Below are positions 1 to 11,819 of a DNA stretch of 55,582 bases, piece after piece; positions within the stretch are counted from its first letter, which is position 1; each line of letters starts with the position of its first letter. Under the pieces are notes generated by a model that saw nothing but the letters and a program-made list of their open reading frames with translations, made no database searches and was not told the DNA's origin. Position numbers and translations under genes: made by a program. This DNA comes from Octopus sinensis. Lineage: Eukaryota. The stretch covers positions 1-55,582 of the forward strand of contig NW_021833773.1 in assembly GCF_006345805.1 (NCBI RefSeq), written 5' to 3'.

Positions 1-207
1 ATATACCCACACACTTATATACGCACGCACAACATACGCGATCGCATTTTCCTTCTTTTTTTTATATATCTACTTTTGCTTAATTTATATATATATAATA
101 CTATATTATTATATATATATATATATTTATATATATATAAATATATAATATATATATATTATATACATATATATTATATGTATATAGATATATATATATA
201 TATATTA

Positions 208-264
<57 letters not shown>

Positions 265-393
265 CAAAAACTAGATATATAAAATAAAAGAGGAAAATGA
301 AAGCATTTATCTAATCTATTTTTATTTTACGTCTTCATGTATTTTATATTCAGCTTGTCAACCGGTTTCACTTTCGCTAATCATGACATTGAA

Positions 394-426
<33 letters not shown>

Positions 427-533
427 TGTATGTATGTATGTGTGTATGTATGTATGTGTGTATGTATGTATATATATATATATATTAAATAATTGATTTT
501 CGGATTTGGTTTGGTAGATTCGTTATGTTAGTT

Positions 534-1526
534 CGTGTGTCATCCTATGAATAATGCAGAATTTTATACTTCTATTTTTCAAAATTAAGATAAACAAAGC
601 CTTTCAAATATCATCCTCATTGTATACGGCCGTGCATTATCCTTATGGAAGACCACATTTCGTCCTGAAACCAAAGATGGTCATTTTCCTTCTAGCTCTG
701 ACTTAAGCCGTTCAAGCTCCTCGCAGTAGATCTCCTTTGTTTAAAATTTCATAGTGGAGTAAACCTTTCATATCTCACCAAACTGATAACAACACCTTAC
801 GTGGGTGAAGACCCTCTTTCACTGGGTGTGACGTTGTTTCTCCTTTCCCAACCCACTGTCTTCGGCGCTTGACATTTTTTATAGAGAACCCAATTCTCGT
901 CACCAGTTCCTATTCGGTCCCCAAAACAGTTTCATTCATGAGACGTGACAGCGAAGAAGAGCATACATTCACACTCTGCGTGAGATTAGAATCGGAAAGT
1001 TTTCTGAGGAACCCATTGACCCAATTTGTCGACTTTTCCAGTGACACACATATGTCGTTGAATTGTTCAATGACCAAATATAACCTTCTCTGCTAGTTCC
1101 TTAACGCTTACGAAGGAATTTTGTTCTACCAAGTTTTCCAGGACGTCATTGTCGAGCTCTAGAGTTATTCAAGAACGCGGCTCGTCTTCTAGGCTGTAGG
1201 TTACGGTTCGGAATTTCTGGAACTACCGTTGACACTCGCTTACGCTTATTGTCCGATCCCCATATACTGCATTAATATTTCTCGCACTTTTCGTTGCGTT
1301 GTTGCCTTTATTGAACTCATAAATCAAAATATGCCGAATATGCTCCTTTGTCACTTCCATTACAGTTTGAAAAAAAATATTAGTTAAATTCAAAGTGTAC
1401 TATCAATAATGACGATGTGAAATTACTACCTGCTTTTATAGCAAGTTGATGCAGGTAGTTCTATCCGTTCCCCTCCGGCAGTTCATGCCATTGTAAAAAA
1501 CTGCATTATTTATGGGATGACCCAAT
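534..1526 (-). mobile_element. Internally deleted mariner (Tc1/mariner) DNA transposon retaining both TIRs
   Basis: The TIR at 1495-1526 reads (minus) ATTGGGTCATCCCATAAATAATGCAGTTTTTT. A degenerate partner at 534-565 reads CGTGTGTCATCCTATGAATAATGCAGAATTTT. A transposase remnant lies between them. Confidence 0.85.
600..1360 (-). pseudogene. Mariner transposase pseudogene, C-terminal part missing
   Basis: Manual minus-strand translation from the ATG at 1360 gives MEVTKEHIRHILIYEFNKGNNATKSARNINAVYG...GQWVPQ...TGDENWVLY...GLHPRKVLLSVW*DMKGLLHYE...VFHKDNARPYT. It has stops and frameshifts. The YSPDL motif and third catalytic Asp are absent. Confidence 0.9.
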
Positions 1527-1538
1527 GTATATGCATGT

Positions 1539-1624
1539 GTGGGTGCTCGTAAATAATGCGGTTTTTGTCAATTGCATGTACTAAAAGTTGGAGGGTGACG
1601 GGTTAAACTACCTGTATTAACGTG
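1539..1624 (+). mobile_element. 5' end (TIR plus leader) of a second, related mariner in opposite orientation
   Basis: TGGGTGCTCGTAAATAATGCGGTTTTTGTCAATTGCATGTACT...GGAGGGTGACGGGTTAAACTACCTGTATTAACGTG aligns by eye to the reverse complement of 1442-1526. Confidence 0.7.
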
Positions 1625-2762
1625 TACTGTGTTTCATTTACACTCAATTATTCACTGAGTTAATATCTGTCATATTCAGCCTGTCTGCAATCCGTCCTTT
1701 TTACCCATAAAATATATACCAGCGAAAATCTAAGATGTGTCCTTGTATCTAATACTTTCGATCAAAAGGTATGTACTAGAGGCAGATTTTAAATGAAGCT
1801 TTACCTAAATATTAAAGCTAAAACCACCAGTAAATTTATATAGTCTTTCACAAGGGAGTCTACAGAAACAATATATACAAGTGTTGCTATTGAACCCCAG
1901 AGCAGAGCTGAAATATGAGCATACATGTTGTTAAAGCAGAAAGCTTCAAAATAGTAGTATCATAGCTAGTGTATTTGTAACATTTTTAATGCATGGAACG
2001 AAATGACTTTGGTTATTCATTCCAGCTTTCAACATTCTGGTTTCAGACTCCTCTATGAAGACTTAGCATTTCGTGATGCGGAGGATGATAAATATATTAA
2101 TAATTTAAGTGGAGGGATTTGTGGAATCATTATTGTGTAATCTTCGGCATTTGATTCCGCTCCTTTAATTTTGAATTTAATTCGTCATTGGCCTATTTGT
2201 CTGAAAGACAATCCATCACTTGGTTTAACGCCACAAACTGACCCTTAGAAGTCATTACTAGAAGCTACTTTGTCGCAAGTAAATCGGTTAGGTATCCGGT
2301 TGAAAAGAAAAAATAAAGAATTCTTCCCCGCTTCCATTTTCCTCGGAGGCTCTGTAACTAGTTATGAACATTAACTTCTCAAACTATAAAACTTTATAAA
2401 ATACAATCCCACAATCAATTCTTTAAACATAGATAAACATATGCATAGAAACCTGAGTAGTGTGTGGGCTATTCATTGTCTATTAGAGGAAGTATGCCAT
2501 ATATAAGTAACTGCAACTATATCTACGAGGTACAAGCCTGACGTGTCTTTAGGGAAGCACAATGATTAACTCTAGTAGAATTTAAATCATAATTTACTAC
2601 TATGTTTCGTATTACAAGGCAATAATTTTCCAAGCGGGACCTATCAAGCCGTTTACATCACCCTTAAGCAGAAAAACTCGACATACTTACATACACACAC
2701 ATATATACACCTATCTCACCCCATGCACACACACGTATGTATATGCATTTAATATATATATT

Positions 2763-2813
<51 letters not shown>

Positions 2814-3361
2814 GTATATATATATATGCATTTATATATGTATACATATGTATTTAATATATGTATATATGCATTTATATAAATATATGCATATATGTAG
2901 ACATATATATATATATATACGTATATACATACACTCGCATATATATATATATATATATAATATATATATATATATATTATATAATAAGTATATACACAGA
3001 GTCGCATATATACAAACATGTATATGGTTATATATATATATATAACATATGTATATTTGTACTTACACGTGTTATGATGTACATATAGGTTGATCTGTTT
3101 TATTTTTGCTCCTGCCATTTATTTAAATTACGTTGTAAACACATGCTTATACACAAACGTATGGCAGAATATATATACGAACACATATATCACTGGCGGT
3201 ATGCGTATGTATTTATGCCAGGGATATATATGAACGCATATTCCGCCGCAGATGAGTAATTACACGCATACATATATTAAACAATATAATACACACATAC
3301 CTACATACATATATACAAATATACATACATACTTATATATGTATATATATATGTATATATG

Positions 3362-3392
<31 letters not shown>

Positions 3393-4386
3393 GTAGGTAG
3401 GTATGTTCCTATAGTAGGTTCATATGCTTCTATACATATGTGGTTGTATGCGTGTGTGTGTGTGTGTATGATATATATGCATATATATGTGTATAGGTAC
3501 ATGTACAGACGGTGATTATTGTATATGCATGCAATATCAATCAAGTACCGTACTCTATTATTTACTTGACAGGATGTTTAATGATAAATATATACCATCA
3601 TTGTATTGGAATCATTTTATATTATCCAATTGCTATTTGGTTTTCTTTCGCATGCACGTATTCAATCATTCTTATATTTTTTTTATTCTAAATCTCAAAT
3701 TCCTTCATTCGGTTATTCTTTTATTATGTCATTATATAATTTGTTTTTGATATATGCCTGTTACTTATTTTTTGTATTTGATTTTATACTGAGTATTTTT
3801 GTTTGTTTTTTTAAATTTAATTCTCTATTCAGTGATAAAACTATTAAAACCAGTGATTTAAGCTCATTTAACCGTTGCCATGGTTTTCATTTTGGAATGA
3901 GTGAACGAGTGTTAGTTTAGTAGCTATCACTGAGTCTCAGAGTAAGCCACACTGCACGTCAATTACATGGTCAGGCACACACACACACACACAACACACA
4001 CACACATACATACATACACACACATACATACATACACACACACATATCGGTATATACAGGCACGCATACTCACAAAATGTCTACTCCCAATAAAACATTG
4101 AAAAGCACAAAAATGTCCACATACTTGTGCATATATATATACACACATATAAGAGTGCATGTATACATACATACACACACATGCACATATATATATATAT
4201 ATACATATATTATGTATGTGTAAACACACACACAAACGCACACATACACATAGGTAAACATATATATACATATATTATGTATTTGTATATTTATATACAC
4301 ATATGTACACATGTTTATCTTTAAGTGTACATGAGAAAATATGTATAAACATATGTCATATGCATTATATAAATGTAGATATATGC

Positions 4387-4418
<32 letters not shown>

Positions 4419-4427
4419 GCATACACG

Positions 4428-4506
<79 letters not shown>

Positions 4507-4656
4507 GTATATACATATATACTTATATATATATATAATATATATAATATATATTATATATATATATATATATGTTATAATATACATATATACTTATATA
4601 TATGTATATATATGTATGTACATATATATGCATATGTATATATATGAATATATATG

Positions 4657-4688
<32 letters not shown>

Positions 4689-4723
4689 AAAGAGGGGTGA
4701 GATAGATATGTAAACATCAACGC

Positions 4724-4755
<32 letters not shown>

Positions 4756-4767
4756 CATATATTATAA

Positions 4768-5445
4768 TGGGGGAGGCCGGTTTATGAAGTTACCTTGGGT
4801 TTCTCGCCCATAAGTCGTTTAGCCTTACGGCGTATCTTCAGACCACAAACACTGCTGGCATGATAGATCTTCAAAATATGGAAGAAGGAAATGCCACGCT
4901 ATAAAACGTAAACATTAGGCAATTATCTTCCTTTGCCATTGGCCCTCGATCTTCAGCTGCGCCACCATCTTGCGGTCACCAAAGAACCAAGAAGGTAAAC
5001 GATTGTCTCCCCTCGTCCATGTCTATGGGCTTCCGGCTGTAGCGTCGCCTTGCGGATTCCAAAAAGCCAGCAGGAATCTTCTAAAATGCAAGTATAGCCC
5101 CCAAATCTCCATCCTGGAGTTTTGTATGCTCCCTGGATCAAGCGAGACCTTTAGCATTCTCATGTGTTGGGCAATGCAAAACTTTGCAACGTTTCGTCCC
5201 GCTGATGCGGGGGCCTTGTTCCTCGAGTATTTTGCATGCGATCGAGTATGGTATCCTTTCGTCTCTTAGGTACTACATAAGGCTGGCCTGCGATATCACT
5301 TATTTCCTTTCCGGGACTCTGAAGGTGGACAAATGATTGGAAAGACATTATTTGGGAAAATTCCCAGTGAATCCCATATATATCTGTGGGTGCGTGATGT
5401 CGGAATGACCCTTGCTGTTGTATTTGCTGCTGTTGTTTGTGCTGT
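4768..5445 (-). mobile_element. Penelope-like element 3' remnant: GIY-YIG endonuclease C-terminus plus 3' flank
   Basis: With one frameshift the minus strand reads [22 protein letters not shown]...YLRDERIPYSIACKILE...GTKRCK/FCIAQHMRMLKV...QNSRMEIWGLYLHFRRFLL, stop at 5023-5025. This follows the PLE pattern YIGxT..R..NH..F..W.L.D..I.Y.I.W.IL..KRC.LC..E..I..N.R.E..C.H..FLL. Confidence 0.75.
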
Positions 5446-5507
<62 letters not shown>

Positions 5508-5550
5508 GATATCATATATATATATATATATATAATATATATATATCTAT

Positions 5551-5589
<39 letters not shown>

Positions 5590-5590
5590 C

Positions 5591-5668
<78 letters not shown>

Positions 5669-5780
5669 GACAGTGTTAACTATTTTCCATTTTTTCTCGT
5701 GTTTACGTGTTTTGAGTTATGTGCCACCATTATGACATCCTGTACCCATATATGCATGTATGTATATATATATATGTATA

Positions 5781-5817
<37 letters not shown>

Positions 5818-6249
5818 TTATTGTTGAATCGAACGAGACGCATCCATTTCCAAGTATATATATATGTATACATACATACACGCACACACACTCACACACA
5901 CAAAACACATGTAAGGAGTTCTGTCATGTGTCTACTCTCTGCGTATAAAACTATTTAATACACTATTCTATTTTTTAAAAACATTTTGTGTCTTACGACT
6001 TTTATTTATGCATGCTAACGCTGGTAATAAATTATGCTAATTTATTGCCCTCATATTTACGATAGTAACAATTATAATTCTGAGGGTATACAGGAGATAT
6101 TTTTCAATTTCTATATTTACTGTTGGCCTATATGTTTGCATTTGTGTAATATTTTATACACTCCTATACATACATACATACATATATACATACATACATA
6201 CATACATAAATACATACATACATATATACATATACATACATATACATAC

Positions 6250-6281
<32 letters not shown>

Positions 6282-6344
6282 ATATATTACACATATATAT
6301 ACACATATATATATATATGTACATGTATTATATATTATTCTTTT

Positions 6345-6490
6345 ATTCTTTTACTTGTTTCAGCCATTTGACTGCGGCCATGCTGGAGCACCGCCTTCAG
6401 TCGAACAAATCGACCCCAAGACTTATTGTTTGTAAGCTTAGTACTTATTCTATCGGTCTCTTTTGCCGATCCACTAAGCTACGTGGACAT
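6345..6490 (-). mobile_element. SINE group B, 3' half
   Basis: This is the reverse complement of the tail at about 6880-7015 (GGCGGTGCTCCAGCATGGCCGCAGTC...CTGAAACAAGTAAAAG). Confidence 0.85.
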
Positions 6491-6613
6491 AAGCTCACCA
6501 ACTAACAGACACACACTCACAAACATATATATAAATATTGCCGAACTGCTATGGTTGTCATGCGATGGTGTGAGACAAACACAGATACGGAGACACAGAC
6601 ACACACACATATA

Positions 6614-7030
6614 GGCGCAGGTGTGGCTGTGTGATAAGTAACTTGCTTACCAACCACATGGTTCCGGGTTCAGCCCCACAGCATGGCACCTTGGGCAAGT
6701 GTCTTCTACTCTAGCCTTGGGCCAACCAAAGCCTTGTGAGTGGAGTTGGTAGACGGAAACTGAAAGAAGCCCGTCGTATATATGTATGTATATATATATG
6801 TGTGTGTGTATGTTTGTGTGTCTGTGTTTGTCCCCCTAGCATTGCTTGACAACCGATGCTGGTGTGTTTACATCCCTGTCTCTTAGCGGTTCGGCAAAAG
6901 AGACCAATAGAATAAGTACTGGGCTTACAAAAAATGAGTCCCGGGGTCGATTTGTTCGACTAAAGGCGGTGCTCCAGCATGGCCGCAGTCAAATGACTGA
7001 AACAAGTAAAAGAGAGAGTAAAGAAAGAGT
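6614..7030 (+). mobile_element. Full-length tRNA-derived SINE group B
   Basis: The head GGCGCAGGTGTGGCTGTGTG...GGTTCAGCCCC has Pol III A/B-box-like motifs. It continues with GCACCTTGGGCAAGTG (reminiscent of CORE-SINEs), an internal TA/TG tract and a tail. A homologous copy lies at 35362-35735. Confidence 0.85.
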
Positions 7031-7034
7031 ATAT

Positions 7035-7160
7035 GCGTGGGCTTTCAGTTTACGTCTACCAAATCCTCGCACGCGGCTTCAGTTGCCCCGTGGCTATCGT
7101 AGAAGACATTTTCCCGGAACTACGTGTTTGGGAAGCAAACATCTTACTTCACAGCCACGC
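7035..7160 (-). mobile_element. SINE group B head fragment, decayed
   Basis: The minus strand reads GGCTGTGAAGTAAG...GTGTCTTCT-like...GGATTTGGTAGACGTAAACTGAAAGCCC, matching 6625-6775 with a deletion. Confidence 0.65.
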
Positions 7161-8088
7161 CAGCACTCAATATTTTCTTTCGTTTAATTGTTAAATTATC
7201 AAATATAACCTCAACAACATTCTAATATTCTTATATGTGGAAATTCTCTTTCAATGAAATTACAAAGTTTAAACGCCATATGAATAGGTCGACACCTCCC
7301 TCAGTAATCATAATCCACTTCAATGAAGTCAACAGTCACATCCAAACTTTGAGCGGATAACATATCCACAACTGGTTGTAATCATTTCATTAAAACCTAC
7401 TCATTCAAGGATTAAATGACCAATATTCCCAGTCAGGGACGTCCAATATATAAAAAGGAAACGTAGGAACATTATTTTGGATCCCACGCCCGTTCCCGCT
7501 AAATTTTCTCTCTACTACATTCAGTGCCTTCTTCATGTTAATAAAAAAAAAAAAATTCGCTTCTAACAATAGATATGTGATATTATTTCAAAAGTACACG
7601 TTAACGCATATATTTAGCTGTACAGCAAATGCGAAACAGAATATGTCTCAGAGGCTCATCCGAACAACTGAGCCTAGATGCTCATGCAGGGAAAAATAAA
7701 AACAAAAAACATAGTCACTGCATATATTATGAAATGCGGAGGCACTCATATATGAGGCAATGGTGAAGTCTACAGACACCAGTCATTGTGTTAACATAAA
7801 TAGTTGGAAGCGTATTGTTGGTCAGCTTAAATAATGATTTTATAACTTCACTTCTTCCTTCAGAAACAATTGAGAGGCGAAATTCAAATATATTTTTAAA
7901 TCAGAGAAGAATTTTTCACCGGAAAATATGCCGTAAAACGTGGGTGAATGGAAGTATAAAATATGGATTATGCACTTTCCAAAAGAAAATGGTTCTCAAC
8001 ACTGCATCATATTCATTCCTCTATCTGAATCCCAAATTAAAGTCATCAAACTCCCAATTTATTCGACATTTATAAGTAAAGTAATATA

Positions 8089-8603
8089 TCTATATATATA
8101 AAACTGTAGTTGTATGAGTGTCTGTCTCCTACGATTTAGATTCCTAACTCCTCCCACATTTTGCGGTGCAGTTTAACCAAATTCGGGTATCTTATAGTCG
8201 TGATTAATATCGAGCCCGTCTGGCTATTAGCGCGCGTCTACGATGAGTCTACGATTTTAAAAATAATTTAACATAATTTTTTATTCCATTTTAATGCATT
8301 ATTTTTCGTGTGTCGATGGCGGCGGAGTTGGCGTCCACGCTCACACCTGCACCTGTGTTTGCTTCTCCCCCTTCTTCCCTCCGTCGTGAAGCTGTGGGGA
8401 AGGGAGTTTAAGGAAATCAACGTCGTAATGCGTTGTCAAGGAGACCAGCGTTCTTTTAGAACAACGACTTCATGGCTTGAAGACACCAAAACAGAAATGG
8501 CTAAGAAAGCCCGAATTGGCATCTATAAAGGAAGTAACTCTCTAAAAATGCTTATATAGTTATTTCCCTTACAAACCCGAGCAACGCCGGGCGATACTGC
8601 TAG
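8089..8603 (+). mobile_element. Non-autonomous Helitron
   Basis: It has a 5' TC (TCTATATATATAAAA), a subterminal hairpin CCCGAGCAACGCCGGG and a 3' CTAG. It sits between A and T with no target-site duplication. Confidence 0.85.
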
Positions 8604-8722
8604 TTATAATATAATATAATATCCTATATTCGTATTATATTGTTCATGATATAAGCTTTGTATGTGTGTATTTATGTATGTATTGCTATACTTGAGGATG
8701 GTGATGTACACATATATGTATA

Positions 8723-8754
<32 letters not shown>

Positions 8755-8830
8755 CAAACTAATACACGTGCTTGTCGTTAATACACCTGTCTTCGTCCTT
8801 TATTTTTCTGTAAATTTAAACTATATATAC

Positions 8831-9075
8831 AACCCTGCTGTACTCTTTCACCACAACTTCCTCTCACTCTTTCTTCCTGTTTCTGTTGTACCTGTATTTC
8901 AGGTACAACTGAAATTTTCTGTTGTACCTGTGTCACGCTGAATCTCCCCGAGAACTACGTTAAGAGCAAACGTGTCTGTGTAATGCTCAATCATTTGCAC
9001 GTTAATTTGATGAGCAGGGTGTTCCGTTGGTCCGATCAACTGGAACCCTCGACGTCGTATCCGACGGAGTGCCTC
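8831..9075 (+). mobile_element. SINE group C central domain plus tail variant (headless)
   Basis: AACCCTGCTGTACTCTTTCACCACAACTTCCTCTCACTCT matches the core of the copies at 22020-22090 (minus) and 48680-48725. The tail GATCAACTGGAACCCTCGACGTCGTATCCGACGGAGT recurs at 27319. Confidence 0.7.
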
Positions 9076-9999
9076 GAACTGTCTTTAAAAGCCCTCTTCA
9101 TTAAGGTACAAGTATAAGTAAAAATCATTGACAGCAATAATTAAACAAAAGCATTATTGAAGAGACGACACAAGATGCGAACATTGATTCATTGAAATCG
9201 TTGAATCACACCAACAACTTTGCAAATAACTCTATCTTCCCATTTACAACTTCATTGCACCGTAAACTAATAATCAAAGACTGTCGTTTATAGAAACGTT
9301 TTATTTATATTTGTTAGTTAAGAATTGCTTAAATTTCGAAAAGCACAACACAAATTAATATAAACACATATTAGATATGGAATACGAGAACGATATAACA
9401 ACACATTAAGGCAACATTTTTATCTTCGTCTTAGTTAAAACCTCTTCAAATAATGTGTGCAACACTGTGTTTACTCAAACTAACTGGAAATGAATATTTT
9501 CTATAATAACTTCAACAAATTAACTTTGTCCAATTTTCTAAAATTTAATTTTTATCAAGTAATTATTAAATTTCCACACGATTATTTCAATTTCGCAATC
9601 AGTCATTAAAAATTTGTACATTTAATTATTTGTATATTTTAGCTTGTGTTTATTTTAAATTAAATGATGAAAATTTCATTAAATGAGAAACATTTTGTGA
9701 AGAAATGAAATGTTTTATACTTTTTATTATTAAAAAAATAGTTTTTATTTCATGTCAAATCATAATTTTCTTCATCTACATCTTCAGTTTTATAAGCTTC
9801 TGTTTTGCTTTCGATTCCAGGTATGGTTTGTCTTCTTTTTGTTCTTCTTCTTGTTCGTTTTCTTTGTCTTCTTCTGTTCGCACATTCTCTCTCCAGAGTC
9901 CTATTTTCTGTGACGTCAATACAGCATAGACCACCATGGTGAGTTCGAATCCACCTAGCATTTATTTCTCGTTAGTTGTATGGATGCAGGAAAGACTGA

Positions 10000-10923
10000 T
10001 TTCAAATTCTGGCGCAAGGGGAAGGCAGTAAGTCGATCCCTGAAAGGATGAAAGGCAAAGTAGACCTTTGCGGAATTTGAACACAAAACGTATAGACGGA
10101 CGAAATGCCGCTAAGCACTTTCTCCGGTTTGCTAACGATTCTTATTTCTTTACTGTCCACAAGGGGCTACACAGAGGGGACAAACAAGGACAGACAAACT
10201 GATTAAGTCGATTATATCGACCCCAGTGCGTAACTGGTACTTATTTAATTGACTCCGAAAGGATGAAAGGCAAAGTCGACCTCGGCGAAATTTGAACTCA
10301 GAACGTAGCGGCAGACGAAATACCTATTTCTTTACTACCCACAAGGGGCTAAACACAGAGAGGACAAACCAGGACAGACAAACAGATTAAGTCGATTATA
10401 TCGACCACAGTGCGTAACTGGTACTTATTTAATCGACCCCGAAAGGATAAAAGACAAAGTCGACCTCGGTGGAATTTGAACTCAGATAGTAGCGGCAGAC
10501 GAAATACCTATTTCTTTACTACCCACAAGGGGCTAAACACAGAGAGGACAAACAAGGACAGAAAAACAGATTAAGTCGGTTATATCGACCACAGTGTGTA
10601 ACTGGTACTTATTTATCGACCCTGAAAGGATGAAAGGCAAAGCCAACTTCGGCGGAATTTGAACTCAGAACGTAACGACAGACAAAATACATATTTCTTT
10701 ACTACCCACAAGGGGCTAAACATAGAGGGGACAAACAAGGACAGACAAACGGATTAAATCGATTATATCGACCCAAGTGCGTAACTAGTACTTAATTTAC
10801 CGACACCGAAAGGATGAAAAGCAAAGTCGACCTCGGCGGAATTTGAACTCAGAACGTAACTGCAGACGAAATACAGTTAAGCATTTCGCCCGGCGTGCTA
10901 ACGATTCTACCAGCTCACCGCCT
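10000..10923 (-). mobile_element. Head-to-tail array of SINE group A (four ~183-bp units plus one variant fragment)
   Basis: Units begin with TATTTCTTTACTAC/GT at about 10143, 10325, 10509 and 10692. Only the last carries the head (minus strand GGCGGTGAGCTGGTAGAATCGTTAGCACGCCGGGCGAAATGC). A monomer lies at 48986-49223. Confidence 0.9.
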
Positions 10924-11599
10924 TAGGATGCAAGCACTATTAACTCATTTCCTCTCCAGAGCAAATTCTATTTCACTAACCGATCTTCATCTATCATTAC
11001 CATCATCATCGTTCTAATCAGCGTCCACTTCGTTTTCGTCGTGTTTGCCGTCATCAACATCCTCACCGTCATCAACATAAAGACCATCTTCATCGTCACG
11101 ATCCTCTGTATTGCTGTCATCTTCTCGTCTTGTCGACTCTCACCATCGACATTTCGATAACGACAAAGTCAAAGATGACAGCATTAAATACCCTGGTCTA
11201 TGTCATCGTCATCCTTATCAATATCATAATGATTAGAAAGAAGATTATCATGAACAGCATTGCTATTGTCATCAACATGAATATTATCTTGGCCGCCATC
11301 ATAGTTCCCACCATCATTAACATAATATCCTTACCAGGACTACCACAAACAATATGACGATAAAGACGACGATTACGACGACGACGACCCCACCACCACC
11401 ACCACCATCTATGCGTCGACCACTTTCACAACCTATGCGTGGATACATCTCAACCGACCACAACTCCCTAATTAAATGGACCAACTGGCTAACGGTCAAA
11501 ACTTGACATAAAAATTGACTTAAATTATATTGTATGTGGTGCTATTAAGTTAGACATGTCTGAGCCAATTGTTTTGGCTGAAACATATCTAAGTTTTAA

Positions 11600-11819
11600 C
11601 CCTTTCGTTACCAACCCGGCTGAAACCGGCTCTGACTCTGAGTACAAATGTCTTGTTTTCATAAGTTTATAATTAAAATCTTCCATCAAACCTTAGTCAC
11701 AATTTATGTTCCTAACACTAGCTGAATGATAACTAAGTTATTTTACTAAATTATTCGTTATATTTAAAGTAATTGAAAGAAACACAGAGCATCTCAAAAT
11801 AAATACAGTAACGAAAGGG
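11600..11819. mobile_element. piggyBac-like MITE (220 bp)
   Basis: Perfect 12-bp TIRs CCCTTTCGTTAC / GTAACGAAAGGG. The left flank is TTAA and there is no ORF. Confidence 0.7.

Noticed and set aside
2047-2140. Short frame LLYEDLAFRDAEDDKYINNLSGGICGIIIV after a CAG acceptor
   Set aside because: It is too short, has no recognisable homology and has no good donor.
10990-11410. Acidic Asp-rich reading on the minus strand
   Set aside because: It is a decayed (GAT/CAT)n tract. The acidic frame is broken by stops and frameshifts and no splice structure supports it.
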